Shown here piece after piece: positions 29,891-40,000 of a stretch of DNA of 64,000 nt (its first letter is position 1; each line of letters starts with the position of its first letter). The notes beneath the pieces were generated by a model, which was not told where the DNA came from, did not search any database, and saw only the letters and a program-made list of their open reading frames with translations. The DNA is from Polyangiaceae bacterium (GTDB lineage: Bacteria; Myxococcota_A; Polyangia; Polyangiales; Polyangiaceae), in the NCBI GenBank assembly GCA_965222375.1, contig CBDCTZ010000009.1, positions 96,001 through 160,000 of the forward strand, read 5' to 3'. A program made the position numbers and the translations under genes.

Positions 29891-31225
29891 ATGAAGGCTT
29901 GCTCTGTTTGCGGGCGCTTGTATCCGGACGATGCGGGCTTCTGCCCCGTCGACGGGCAAGGGCTCGTGAGCGCCACGCAAGCGCCCGTAGCCGGCAGTGA
30001 TGACGACGCTCGCATCGGGCAGATCATGTGCGAGCGCTATCAGGTCCGGCGCGTCGTTGCCGATGGTGGAATGGGACGCGTGTATGAAGCCCTCGACGTG
30101 GTCGATCGAGGCAACGTTGCCCTGAAGATCCTGCACCCGGACGTTGCTCAAGATGAAGTTAGTGTGGAGCGCTTTCGACGGGAGTTCGAAGTCAGCAAGC
30201 TACTTCCCCACGATCACATCGTGGATGTGCGCGACTTCCAGCCCACCAAAGACGGAAGCTACGCCCTGGCGATGGAGTTTCTCTATGGCGAAGAGCTGAG
30301 AAACACCCTGAAGCGGGAGGGCGTGATTCCGCCGGCCCGAGTTGTGCGCATGGTGAGCCAAATCGCTTTGGCTTTGGACGAAGCTCACAGCCGCAAGCTG
30401 GTGCACCGGGACTTGAAGCCTGACAACATCTTTTTGTGCCAGACCCGCGAAGGCGACAACGTCAAGATCCTCGATTTCGGGTCGGTAAAAGACAAGGGCG
30501 AGAGCGCGAAGAAGCTGACGGTCATGGGCACGACCATCGGTTCGCCCTACTACATGGCGCCGGAGCAGGCGCAGGGGCTGGATACTCTGGACCATCGTGC
30601 CGACGTGTGGTCCCTCGCCGCCATTAGCTACGAGTGCGTATCCGGAAAGGTTCCCTTCCAGGGCTCGAACGGGCCGGCGATTCTGCTGGAGATCCTGACC
30701 AAGGAGCCGCCCTTGGTGAGCAAGGTCGGGCAGGGCCAGAAGTACCCCATTCCGCCAACCTTGGATCGTGTGATGCTTCACGCCTTCAAGAAGAACGCTT
30801 CCACGCGGATAGAGTCCGTGGGCAAGCTCGCCGACGCGCTCGGCACCGCCTTTGGACTCAGCGGTGACCACCATGCGTGGGCGACGATCACCGAGGCCGA
30901 GCTGTCCGCGGCGATCGAGGCTCAGATGCCGGTGCTGATGCAGGCTGAGGGGCGACCCACGAACGCAGATGTCGTGACCGACGGCTTCTTTGGAGAATCA
31001 GCGGCGCTGGATGCGCCGGATCCCTTTGCAAGCACGCAGCCACCACCCGGCATGGGTGGAGCTCAGCCCATGCCTCCGGGCGCTCCGCCCATGCAGTACG
31101 GCGCCCAGGACGATCTCGTACCCATGGGAATGCCGAAGAACAACAACTTGTTGTTGTTCGTCGGCATTGCAGCGGGTGGGTTCTTCCTCCTGATCGTCGT
31201 CGTCGTGCTGGTTGTCATCTTCTGA
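29891..31225 (+). CDS. Hanks-type Ser/Thr protein kinase with N-terminal zinc-ribbon-like motif and C-terminal TM
   Basis: GGMGRVY, VALK, HRDLKPDN, DFG, YMAPE, D(V)WS; N-terminal CSVC..FCPVDG. Confidence 0.92.
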   Translation: MKACSVCGRLYPDDAGFCPVDGQGLVSATQAPVAGSDDDARIGQIMCERYQVRRVVADGGMGRVYEALDVVDRGNVALKILHPDVAQDEVSVERFRREFEVSKLLPHDHIVDVRDFQPTKDGSYALAMEFLYGEELRNTLKREGVIPPARVVRMVSQIALALDEAHSRKLVHRDLKPDNIFLCQTREGDNVKILDFGSVKDKGESAKKLTVMGTTIGSPYYMAPEQAQGLDTLDHRADVWSLAAISYECVSGKVPFQGSNGPAILLEILTKEPPLVSKVGQGQKYPIPPTLDRVMLHAFKKNASTRIESVGKLADALGTAFGLSGDHHAWATITEAELSAAIEAQMPVLMQAEGRPTNADVVTDGFFGESAALDAPDPFASTQPPPGMGGAQPMPPGAPPMQYGAQDDLVPMGMPKNNNLLLFVGIAAGGFFLLIVVVVLVVIF

Positions 31226-31267
31226 TCGGGTGGGGCGACCCCCGCAGTCGTGCTAGGACCAAAACGC

Positions 31268-31768
31268 ATGCAAAACATCTCCAAACCTTGGATGGCGGGC
31301 CTACTCCTTGGTTGGGTCGGCTTGGCCTGCAATAAAGAGCAACCCCCTGCCGCCGAGCAGCCGAAGTCGCCGAGTGCGCCTCAGGCGGCCAGTGGCACTG
31401 CCGGTGAAGCCAAGGCTCGCCACGACGAAGCGAACTTCACGCTCGAAGTGGTGCCCCAAGGCGAGTACCAGGCGGGCAAGGCCGCTGAGGTTGCGGTGGT
31501 CTTGTCGGCCAAGGCGCCCTTCAAGTGCAATGACAAGTACCCCTACAAGTTGAAGCTCGAGGAGTCCGAAGGCGTGACCCTGACCAGCAAGGTCGTGAAG
31601 AAAGATGCGGTCAAGTTGCAGACGCACAAGGCGACAATGACCGTGCCCTTCACGCCGGACGCGGCTGGTACGCGCCGACTTGCCGGAGAGTTCAGCTTCT
31701 CGGTCTGCACCGAAGACAAGTGCCTGATCGAAAAGCGCAAACTTGCCCTCGACGTGACGGTGAAATAG
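31268..31768 (+). CDS. Lipoprotein with DsbD-N-like beta-sandwich, function unknown
   Basis: VGLAC lipobox; FSFSVCTEDKCLIEK C-x4-C motif. Confidence 0.65.
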   Translation: MQNISKPWMAGLLLGWVGLACNKEQPPAAEQPKSPSAPQAASGTAGEAKARHDEANFTLEVVPQGEYQAGKAAEVAVVLSAKAPFKCNDKYPYKLKLEESEGVTLTSKVVKKDAVKLQTHKATMTVPFTPDAAGTRRLAGEFSFSVCTEDKCLIEKRKLALDVTVK

Positions 31769-31850
31769 CCGACGCCGCGCCTGCCAGGCGCGCGCGCCCG
31801 GATTTTCCACAATACCCGCGATGCAATCGGCGGCGTGGTAGTCTAGCGAC

Positions 31851-34100
31851 ATGGGTTCCAGCAAGATCCTGGACGACCTCGCCGCAATCGCCGAACGGGT
31901 GCAGCGCGAGTTCGAAGAAGAGCGGAGGCTGCTGTCGTTTTCCGAATACTTGGAGCTCTTTGCTGCGGATCCGGTGCGGCATAGCCGGGATGCTGCGCGG
32001 TACATCCGCGACATGTTCGAGCACTATGGATCGACGGAAGTCGAGCGCCCCTGGGGCAGCGAAAAGCGCTTCCGGCTGTTTGATCTGCCGTTCTTGCCCG
32101 ATGAGGACGCCCAGAGCGACGCACTGGTCGCGCACGAGAGCATCCAAATCGAGCTATTTCGCATCCTCTCCAACTTCGTCCGGGAAGGACGCCCCAATCG
32201 CGTCATCTTGCTGCACGGGCCAAATGGCTCAGCCAAGAGCACAGCCGCGGCGTGCATGATGCGGGCGCTTGAGCACTACTCGGCCCAAGAGGAAGGCGCG
32301 CTGTATCGCTTCCACTGGGTGTTTCCCAATCAGTCCAAGCTCAAAGGTTCCATCGGTTTCACCGGTCGGCGGGGCGCGCACAAAGATGACGATGGCTACG
32401 CGCACCTTTCCGAGAGCCAAATCGATGCTCGCCTTTTCATGGAAGTGAGGGACCATCCGCTGTTTCTCCTGCCTCAGCAGGAGCGTGCCGCCCTGCTCGA
32501 GAAGCTCTACGCGGACGCCGGCGTCTCCGAGCCGCCGCCAGCGTGGATCATGCGGGGCGCGTTGTCTCACAAGAGTCGCCAAGTTTTCGACGCCCTCCTC
32601 ACCAGTTACGAAGGTTCGCTGGAGGAGGCACTGCGTCACGTCCAGGTGGAACGGTATTTCATCTCCCGCCGCTATCGGGTGGGCGCGGTCACGCTGGGGC
32701 CGCAGCTGTCCGTGGACGCCGGGGAGCGCCAGCTGACCGCAGATCGGTCTCTGTCAGCGCTGCCGTCGTCCCTGCAGGCGATCACCTTGTTCGAGGCCTT
32801 CGGTGAGCTCCTGGATGCCGCGGGCGGTTTGATCGAGTTTTCAGATCTGTTGAAGCGTCCCTTGGACGCATTCAAGTACCTCCAGATCACGGCGGAAACG
32901 GGCGAAGTGAGCCTGCGCTCCCAGTCCGTCCAGGTCAACTGTGTGATGCTCGCCAGCGGCAACGAAGTGCACTTGGCTGCGTTTCGTGAGCACCCAGAGT
33001 TCGAGAGCTTCCGCGGCCGCTTTGAACTTGTGAAGATGCCCTATCTTCGGAACTATCAAGACGAGAAGCAGATCTACGATGCACAGATTGCGCCTCAGAT
33101 ACGCAAGCACGTGGCGCCTCATGCCACGGAAGTCGCAGCTCAGTTCGCAGTCTTGACTCGAATGCGCAGGCCCGACCCGGATCGCTACGAAAAGCCTTTG
33201 AGGGACGTAGTGAGTGAAATCACTGCGATGGAGAAGATCGACCTGTACGCGACCGGCGTGCCGCCCAGCCGCTTGGACGATGAGGCCGCGAAACTGCTGA
33301 AGGGAAGCGTGGCCCAGCTCTACAACGAGAGCGATGCGTACCCAATCTACGAAGGTAGCATTGGGGCCAGTCCGCGGGAGATGCGCACATTGCTCTTGGA
33401 TGCCGCTCAGAACCCTCGCTACGAATGCCTGTCGCCCTTCGCAGTATTGGAAGCGCTAGATCGCCTATGCGAACGCACCAGCGAATACACCTGGCTGCAG
33501 GAGGACAAGGCGCCGGGCGGTTACCACGATCACAAGCAGGTTCGAGTTCAGCTTCGGGAGCGGTTGCTTGATGCCCTGGAAGACGAGTTTCGAGCCGCCA
33601 GCGGCCTGGTCGAAGAAGAGCAGTACACGGAGCTATTCGATCGCTACATCACTCACGTTAGTTACTGGGTGAAGTCCGAGAAGGTGCGGAACCCGTTGAC
33701 CGGGCAGTATGAGGACCCGGATGAGCGCATGATGAAGGAAGTGGAAGCGCTCCTCGGTGTACCCGACGAACCCGAGGCGCTTCGTCACGCGCTGATCAAC
33801 CGCGTGGCGGCTTGGGCCATCGACAATCCGGGGGGCTCCGTCGACAACTCTCGGGTATTCCACAGCGAGATCAAGCGCCTCAAAGACTCTGTCTTCAACG
33901 AACGCAAGACCGCGGTCGCAAAGCTGGCGCGGGACATGCTTGCGGTACTGCGACAAGAATCCGGGCTCGACGCCGCGCGGACGCTCGCTGCAGAGAAAGC
34001 CGTGTCGGATCTGAAGTCGCGCTATGGTTACGAGGACACATCCGTGGTCGATGCCGCGGTGGCTCTGACCCAAGAGCGTTTTACCGATCTCTTGAGCTGA
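31851..34100 (+). CDS. prkA: PrkA-family AAA+ serine kinase/ATPase
   Basis: LLHGPNGSAKST, DHPLFLLP, GLIEFSDLLKRP, GASPREMR. Confidence 0.85.
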   Translation: MGSSKILDDLAAIAERVQREFEEERRLLSFSEYLELFAADPVRHSRDAARYIRDMFEHYGSTEVERPWGSEKRFRLFDLPFLPDEDAQSDALVAHESIQIELFRILSNFVREGRPNRVILLHGPNGSAKSTAAACMMRALEHYSAQEEGALYRFHWVFPNQSKLKGSIGFTGRRGAHKDDDGYAHLSESQIDARLFMEVRDHPLFLLPQQERAALLEKLYADAGVSEPPPAWIMRGALSHKSRQVFDALLTSYEGSLEEALRHVQVERYFISRRYRVGAVTLGPQLSVDAGERQLTADRSLSALPSSLQAITLFEAFGELLDAAGGLIEFSDLLKRPLDAFKYLQITAETGEVSLRSQSVQVNCVMLASGNEVHLAAFREHPEFESFRGRFELVKMPYLRNYQDEKQIYDAQIAPQIRKHVAPHATEVAAQFAVLTRMRRPDPDRYEKPLRDVVSEITAMEKIDLYATGVPPSRLDDEAAKLLKGSVAQLYNESDAYPIYEGSIGASPREMRTLLLDAAQNPRYECLSPFAVLEALDRLCERTSEYTWLQEDKAPGGYHDHKQVRVQLRERLLDALEDEFRAASGLVEEEQYTELFDRYITHVSYWVKSEKVRNPLTGQYEDPDERMMKEVEALLGVPDEPEALRHALINRVAAWAIDNPGGSVDNSRVFHSEIKRLKDSVFNERKTAVAKLARDMLAVLRQESGLDAARTLAAEKAVSDLKSRYGYEDTSVVDAAVALTQERFTDLLS

Positions 34101-34106
34101 CTCTTC

Positions 34107-35375
34107 ATGGCGCGTGAAACGTCCGCGGCGACGCTAACGTTTTGGCCGTTGCTTGCTCTGGGCGTCAATGGCATCGTCGGTGTCGGCATCTTCTTTGCGC
34201 CTCGGGAGGTCGCAGCGCTGGTTCCCGGCGCTGCCGGGCTGTGGGTCTACATCCTAACGGGGCTGGTGCTGTTGCCGATAGCTGGCGTGTATGCTGTGCT
34301 CGGGAGCCGCTTCGCCGAGGATGGCGGCCCCTACGTGTGGGCGCGGGCCGCCTTTGGCGAGGGTGCGGGCTTCTTCGTGGGTTGGATAGCTGCGCTGAGT
34401 GCGGTGCTCAGTACCTCCGCCGTGGTCTCGGGTTTGGCGACCCACGCGGGCCCCTTGTTGGGCCTGACCACACCTCTGCACCAGGCGCTCTTCGGCGTGG
34501 CCTTGGCCCTAGTGCTATCCGGGATCGTCTTCAGCGGGCTCAAACCGAGCGCCGTGGTGTGGTCAGGGCTCACCGTGCTCAAGCTCGCACCCTTGGCGGC
34601 GCTGGCGTTCTTCTTTCTGACCCGCTCGGGGCTGAGTGTTGCCGTCGAGAGCGCGCAGCCCAGCCGCGCCCTACTTCGGGCCATGCTCGTCGTGCTGTTC
34701 GCCTTGCAGGGATTCGAAATCGTGGTGGTGCCCGCGGGAAACGCCCCAAAGCGGGGGCGTAGCGTGGCGGCCGCGACGTTGCTATCCCTGTGTTGCGTCG
34801 CGGCGTTGTACGTCGTCTTGCATGCGGCTTGCCTGGCGGTCCCGCAGCTCGCGCAAAAGGGTGCGCCCTTGGTGGAGGCGGCTTCCGTGCATGGGGGCAG
34901 CAGTTTGAGCGGTGTGGTCGGCGTGGGTACCAACGTCTCGGCGCTCGGCATTGCCTTCGGCATGTTTGCGATGACCCCACGGTACTTGGCCGCACTGGGA
35001 AAGCCTCACGCTCTTGGCACGTGGTTGGGACGCGAAAGCGAGCGACGGGTACCTACGACGGCGCTCGGGATCACCATGATCGTCGTCATGATCTTGGTGT
35101 TTGGCCCCAAGTTGGAGCAGCTCTTCGTGCTCTCCAGCGTGTCGGTGGTGCTGCAGTACACCGTGAGCACGATTGCGTTGATGTGGCTGGCCCTGAAGCG
35201 GGTCCGCGGCCTGTCTCTGAAACACCTGTGGTTCGGCCCCTTCGCGATCCTGCCCGTGGGGCTCGCCGCGACTGCAGCCAGTGGCCGCGAGCTGCTGGTT
35301 ACCGGTGCCGCTCTCGTTCTGGGTGCCTCGATCTACTGGATTCGCCGGATTTACGCCCGGAACTCACGACCTTAG
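34107..35375 (+). CDS. APC family amino acid permease
   Basis: LGVNGIVGVGIF, GGPYVWARAAFG, FALQGFE; about 12 hydrophobic segments. Confidence 0.85.
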   Translation: MARETSAATLTFWPLLALGVNGIVGVGIFFAPREVAALVPGAAGLWVYILTGLVLLPIAGVYAVLGSRFAEDGGPYVWARAAFGEGAGFFVGWIAALSAVLSTSAVVSGLATHAGPLLGLTTPLHQALFGVALALVLSGIVFSGLKPSAVVWSGLTVLKLAPLAALAFFFLTRSGLSVAVESAQPSRALLRAMLVVLFALQGFEIVVVPAGNAPKRGRSVAAATLLSLCCVAALYVVLHAACLAVPQLAQKGAPLVEAASVHGGSSLSGVVGVGTNVSALGIAFGMFAMTPRYLAALGKPHALGTWLGRESERRVPTTALGITMIVVMILVFGPKLEQLFVLSSVSVVLQYTVSTIALMWLALKRVRGLSLKHLWFGPFAILPVGLAATAASGRELLVTGAALVLGASIYWIRRIYARNSRP

Positions 35376-35576
35376 AGCAGATCTCAGAACCTCGAGAGAG
35401 CTGATTTCGAGCCGCGGCGGTGCCAGCTGCAAGGCGGCGCGACGAAGGAATACTCGGAGTATTTCGAGGAGCGTCAACGCCGCAGATGGCCCTGCCCGGC
35501 AGAAAGCAGCCGCGAGCAGGTTTTGAGATCTGCTCTTGGCTGGCCCGGGCGCTCGGGCGCGTTATTCTGTGAGGGT

Positions 35577-36923
35577 ATGCGCGCCCGCCCCATCGTCGAC
35601 CCCGGAGCGTTGGTCACGTCCGTGGCGCTACATGCCGTGTTGTTGGGGCTCGGTGCAGTACTGTTCGCGCGCAGTATGCGCACTCCGGCGAGCGGCCCAC
35701 CGGAGCGCGTCGTCGCCGTCGACACTGTAGCCATGTCCAATGGCATCGAGCTCCCACGGATGCGCACCGGTAATGCCAGGGGCACCGACCGTGCGGATCC
35801 GCCGAAGCAAACACCCGTCCCTGCCGGTGGCGGTGAGCGCGTCCCGCGCCCAGACGGGACCCAGCCGGGACGCGGCGGGACGGATACTTCGAGGGCCGCC
35901 GCCCTCAACCTGGCGGATCAGAACGACGGCTTGACCCTGGACCGGGACCCCTTCAACAGTCCGACTCGCAGTCAGGTGCAACGGCTCAAGACGTCCACGC
36001 AGCGACGCAGCCTCGACGACCGCCGCGCGACGCCAACGCCGATGCAGCTCGATTTTCTGGCGACCGGTAGCGGCCAGTTGGCTGAACGGCGCCAGCCATC
36101 CCGACACAACCCTGGCGCCGGGGTACAGGGCGGCACGCGCCCCAGCCAAGTGGGAGGCCCTTTGGGCGCGAGTAATCTGCCTGCGGGAGGCCCGGAGCCG
36201 GAGCCTGGTGCCAGCCAAAGCGGGGAGGCGAGAGCGCGCACAACAGCCGGGCTGACCGGGGCTGCGCGTGGCTCGGGCGTGTCGCGACGTGCGGCGGTGG
36301 CCTTGGCGCGACCTTGGGTACCCCGAGCACGAGCGGCGGTGCCCGCGCCGGGTCGCGGGCGTCCTCAGGATACGGTGAACAGCCGCCAAGAAGTCGCGAG
36401 CGCGGTGCGTTCCTTGGTGCACGCCTCCTCGGCCGGGGCTCGAAAGCGAGCCACAGGTCCCGGCGGGACTTCGGGGCCTGGCGCGCCAGGGAGCGGCGCG
36501 AAGACGGGCGCCGGTTCGACGTCCCGAGCTGCCGGCTACGGCCCGGGGCGGGCGCGAGATGGTAGTGCTGACCCTCGCTTGATCGGCTACTTCCGCAACA
36601 TCGAGCGCAGGGTCGGGCCCCATTGGCGGGACGCGTTTCCAGACTGGGCCGTCGAGCAGGGGCGCAGCGGGTTGGCAGTGCTCAGCATCACGCTTTCCCC
36701 AGCGGGCAATGTGCTCGCCGTTCGCGTGCAGCGGCCTAGCGGCGTCCCGGAGTTCGATCGCAACGTCATCGTCGCGGTCAAGCGCGCGGGGCCGTTCGGC
36801 CCGCTACCCCGGGTCTACGCCGCGCGTCCGCTGACCTTGCGCATGTCCTTCGATGCTGTGAATCCCGCGATTGGTCGCGAAAGTGGCGGGCCCGGGGGCC
36901 GCCGGGCTCGGCGATCCCCTTGA
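35577..36923 (+). CDS. TonB/TolA C-terminal domain protein
   Basis: N-terminal TM with SVALH motif, Gly/Pro-rich linker, C-terminal SGVPEFDRNVIVAVKRAGPFGPLP. Confidence 0.75.
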   Translation: MRARPIVDPGALVTSVALHAVLLGLGAVLFARSMRTPASGPPERVVAVDTVAMSNGIELPRMRTGNARGTDRADPPKQTPVPAGGGERVPRPDGTQPGRGGTDTSRAAALNLADQNDGLTLDRDPFNSPTRSQVQRLKTSTQRRSLDDRRATPTPMQLDFLATGSGQLAERRQPSRHNPGAGVQGGTRPSQVGGPLGASNLPAGGPEPEPGASQSGEARARTTAGLTGAARGSGVSRRAAVALARPWVPRARAAVPAPGRGRPQDTVNSRQEVASAVRSLVHASSAGARKRATGPGGTSGPGAPGSGAKTGAGSTSRAAGYGPGRARDGSADPRLIGYFRNIERRVGPHWRDAFPDWAVEQGRSGLAVLSITLSPAGNVLAVRVQRPSGVPEFDRNVIVAVKRAGPFGPLPRVYAARPLTLRMSFDAVNPAIGRESGGPGGRRARRSP

Positions 36924-36948
36924 CCTGGGCGGCCTCGGCGTACATATT
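36920..36948 (+). promoter_or_regulatory. Candidate sigma70 promoter of the tRNA gene
   Basis: TTGACC-17 nt-CATATT followed by a GC-rich discriminator (CGCGGCCCC). Confidence 0.55.
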
Positions 36949-36962
36949 CGCGGCCCCAAAAA

Positions 36963-37039
36963 GCCGAGGTAGCTCAGCTGGTTAGAGCACGCGCTTCATA
37001 AGTGCGGGGTCGTCGGTTCAAGTCCGACCCTCGGTACCA
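36963..37039 (+). tRNA. tRNA with CAT anticodon, probably elongator tRNA-Met; CCA encoded
   Basis: Acceptor GCCGAGG/CCTCGGT, anticodon arm CGCGC-TTCATAA-GTGCG, T arm GTCGG-TTCAAGT-CCGAC, ACCA end; lacks the initiator C1:A72 mismatch and three G-C anticodon-stem pairs. Confidence 0.9.
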
Positions 37040-40000
37040 ATCAAACCCAGCGGGGAACGAGAAGCGACCCGTAGATGTGCACCGCCCCACTGCCTCCGCC
37101 GTCGGCGGCGGAGGGCCAGGCCGAAGGCGAGGAGGGGCAAGGCCAGCCAGGCACGGGAGCTCGGCCCGCTCCGTACAGTCCGACAACCGCACCCACCTGA
37201 GGGGGCCAGGGGTGTTTGTTTTGGATCTTCAGTGACGCCCGGGACGACGCATAGGCCCTCGGCGTCGATTTCCAAAGGCTTGTCCGCGCCCAGGTACTTG
37301 CCTTGATCGAGCTTGGTTGCGAGGTTGCCCGTGTTGCGGTTGTCGTGGTGGAAGCTCTCCCAGGCGATCACACCATCGGGGCTGCCTTCAGTACGCCAGG
37401 CGTAGAGCCAGCCGTTGCGGGTATTGACCACGACATCCAGGGCGCTGTCGCCATCCACGTCACCTACTGCAGCGGTAGCCACGATCCATTGTCCCGTGAA
37501 CTTGGGCCAACCCGTGGGTTCCCGGCCGCAGGCGTCGGCCGCATGCAGCATGTAGCCGCCGCTGCCGACGATGGCTTCCGGGTATCCGTCGCCGGTCAGG
37601 TCCGCGATCGAGGTGTTGTTGAAGAAGGTGTAGTCCTCCAGCGGAACCGGGCTCGCTGGCATCATCAGTCCATCCTTGCCGCTCCACATGCCGATCAAGT
37701 GTTGCGCGCGTCGGTCCAAAGGCTGAGTGGACAGAAGCGCTCCTGCGGCGGTTTGAGACGAACCCGTGGTGACCATGTCCGGCAGGCCGTCCTGGTCCAT
37801 GTCCCCCAGAGACGGTTGGGAAAAGAGCGGGAACATCACGTCAGGTCGTTCCGCTGTCGTGCCTGCGCCGAAGTTGCCCGTCGACAAGCCCCGCTCGATT
37901 TCGCCTTCCACCATGCGCGTTGGTAGTGCGTTCGCGGGCAGAGCGGCAAAGCCTGACTGTTCGGGCTCTCTGGGCGTGATGAGTGGCGCGCTTCCGTTGC
38001 CGTGCATCACGGCCTCGGGCACGCCATCGCCGTCGATGTCGCCGGCGACCGGCGAATTGGGCACGCCTTCGGCAACCAGCGGAAACAACTCGAAGCTCGT
38101 CCAAGTGATGGGCCAGCCCGGCAAGTAGAGCGACGCCGCGCCGCTACCCTTACCATCCACGATGTAGAAGGCGCCGGTGCCTCCTCCTTTGCCAATGCGC
38201 TCGTTCGAACCGACCAGCAGATCCGGCACGCCATCTCCATTGAAGTCGGCCACCGCGGGGGTGGTCATGATGCGCCCATACTCCTGATCGGCCCCGCCGG
38301 CTTCGTAGTGCACACGCACCGGGAAGCCGGCGAGATCGGTGCCGTCGCTCTCGAAAACGTAGATCTTGCCGTCGAAGGCGGCTTGCACGATGTCGAGCTT
38401 GCCGTCGTTGTCCATGTCCTCGATAACGGGGCTGGCGAACGCGCCCCGGGCGATTCGGAACTGGGTATTCATGCAGTCTTTGTCGGGGGTCTTATCCTGG
38501 TCCAAGGGGCAGCTGGGGACGTCGGGCAGCCGCTTGGGCCAGCCGCTCTTCACGGCGCCGTCGCTATCGATGATGTAGATGGTTCCCTCGTAGGTCGTGA
38601 CGACGATTTCGGGCTTGCCGTCGTCATCCAGGTCAGCGATTGCGGGCGCGGCACTGATCGACTCCCGAGCCAGGTCCATGTCGACCTCGCCTGACTTGTA
38701 TGCCGGCGCGTCGCGGTAGAGCGGCATGTCATCGTCCAAGCCATCGATCATCTTCACCTTGAAGGGGAAGCCCGCCACGGGTTCGGGGCTGCCGCTGGCC
38801 ATGGAGTAGACGTGTAGCTTGCCGTCGGAGGTGCCCACCACGATGTCGCGCTTGCCGTCTCCGTCGATGTCGGCCAGCTTGGGGCTCGACTCGCCGCTGG
38901 ACACGAGCTGCACCGGGAAGCCTGGAAGCAAGTCGGGATCCGAGTGCACGTAGTAGGCCCGACGGAGCTCGCCCGGTACGTCCCCGATGCTCCCGCCATA
39001 ATGTGCGATGGAGCGCACGCGAACCGTGATGGTGTACTGGTTTTCGCCGAAGGGACTGTCTGTGTCCCACTCGTGGGTGGGGTCTATCTCCCGCACGTCC
39101 AGCTCTGCCAAGGGGCTGCCGTCGGCACCCAACACCGTGCTGCCGGGAATGTTCTCCATTTTCTTCAGCATCTGGAATGCCGAATCCGGGGGTTGCACGC
39201 CGGGTGCCCATTCCACGATCACGTCGTAGCTGGTCGCCCGCCGCGCACTGACCGTGCCGACGATGGGCACGGGCTGGGTCAGCTGGTCCTTGTACAAAAC
39301 CTGAAACCAAAGCGGACTCGTCACATCAACGTCCGGCGGAATGCGCCCCTCAGCAATCCACTCCACCGCGGTGTTGGCATTCACGCGACCGTAGCCGAAC
39401 CGCTGATCGAAGCCGGGCTGGGACCAGACGTGTTTGCTGCCCACCTGGCGCGACTCAGGCACGTCAACGTCGTCTGCGGTCATCAAGAAGAGCTGCATCA
39501 CCTCGCCGGCGGAAAGCGGCGGGTCTAGATTCGCTTGCAAGCCCATTGAGTATGCCAAGCCAGCGATGCCCGAGAGGCGCCCGACGGCTTCACTGGAGCA
39601 GGCCGTTCCCGACGCCGAAAGGAAGTTCTGCGCTCCGTAATTGGTGCAGGTATTGAATGCGAGGAAACTCTCGGCCCAGGTCGACTCCTCTACGCCCAAC
39701 ATGGTGATGGCGTGCACCGGCATGGTGTGATTGTTGGGCGCGGGCTGGTTCTGATGCTTCGAGTTCTCGTCGGCCATGCTAGCCACGATCACCGTGCCTT
39801 TGGCCCAGGCGTAGTCCATCGCCGCTTGGGCAAAGGGCGTCATGTTGATCGTGCCCAGGGCCTCTTGAACCACTTGGGCGCCGTTGTCCGCGGCGTAGAT
39901 GACGGCCTTGGCATAGTCTTGCACGTTGGCGATGAAGCTGTCGCCGACGCGCATGGGAACGAAGCGGCAGTTGGGGCAACCGCCTGCTTCCCCGATGCCG

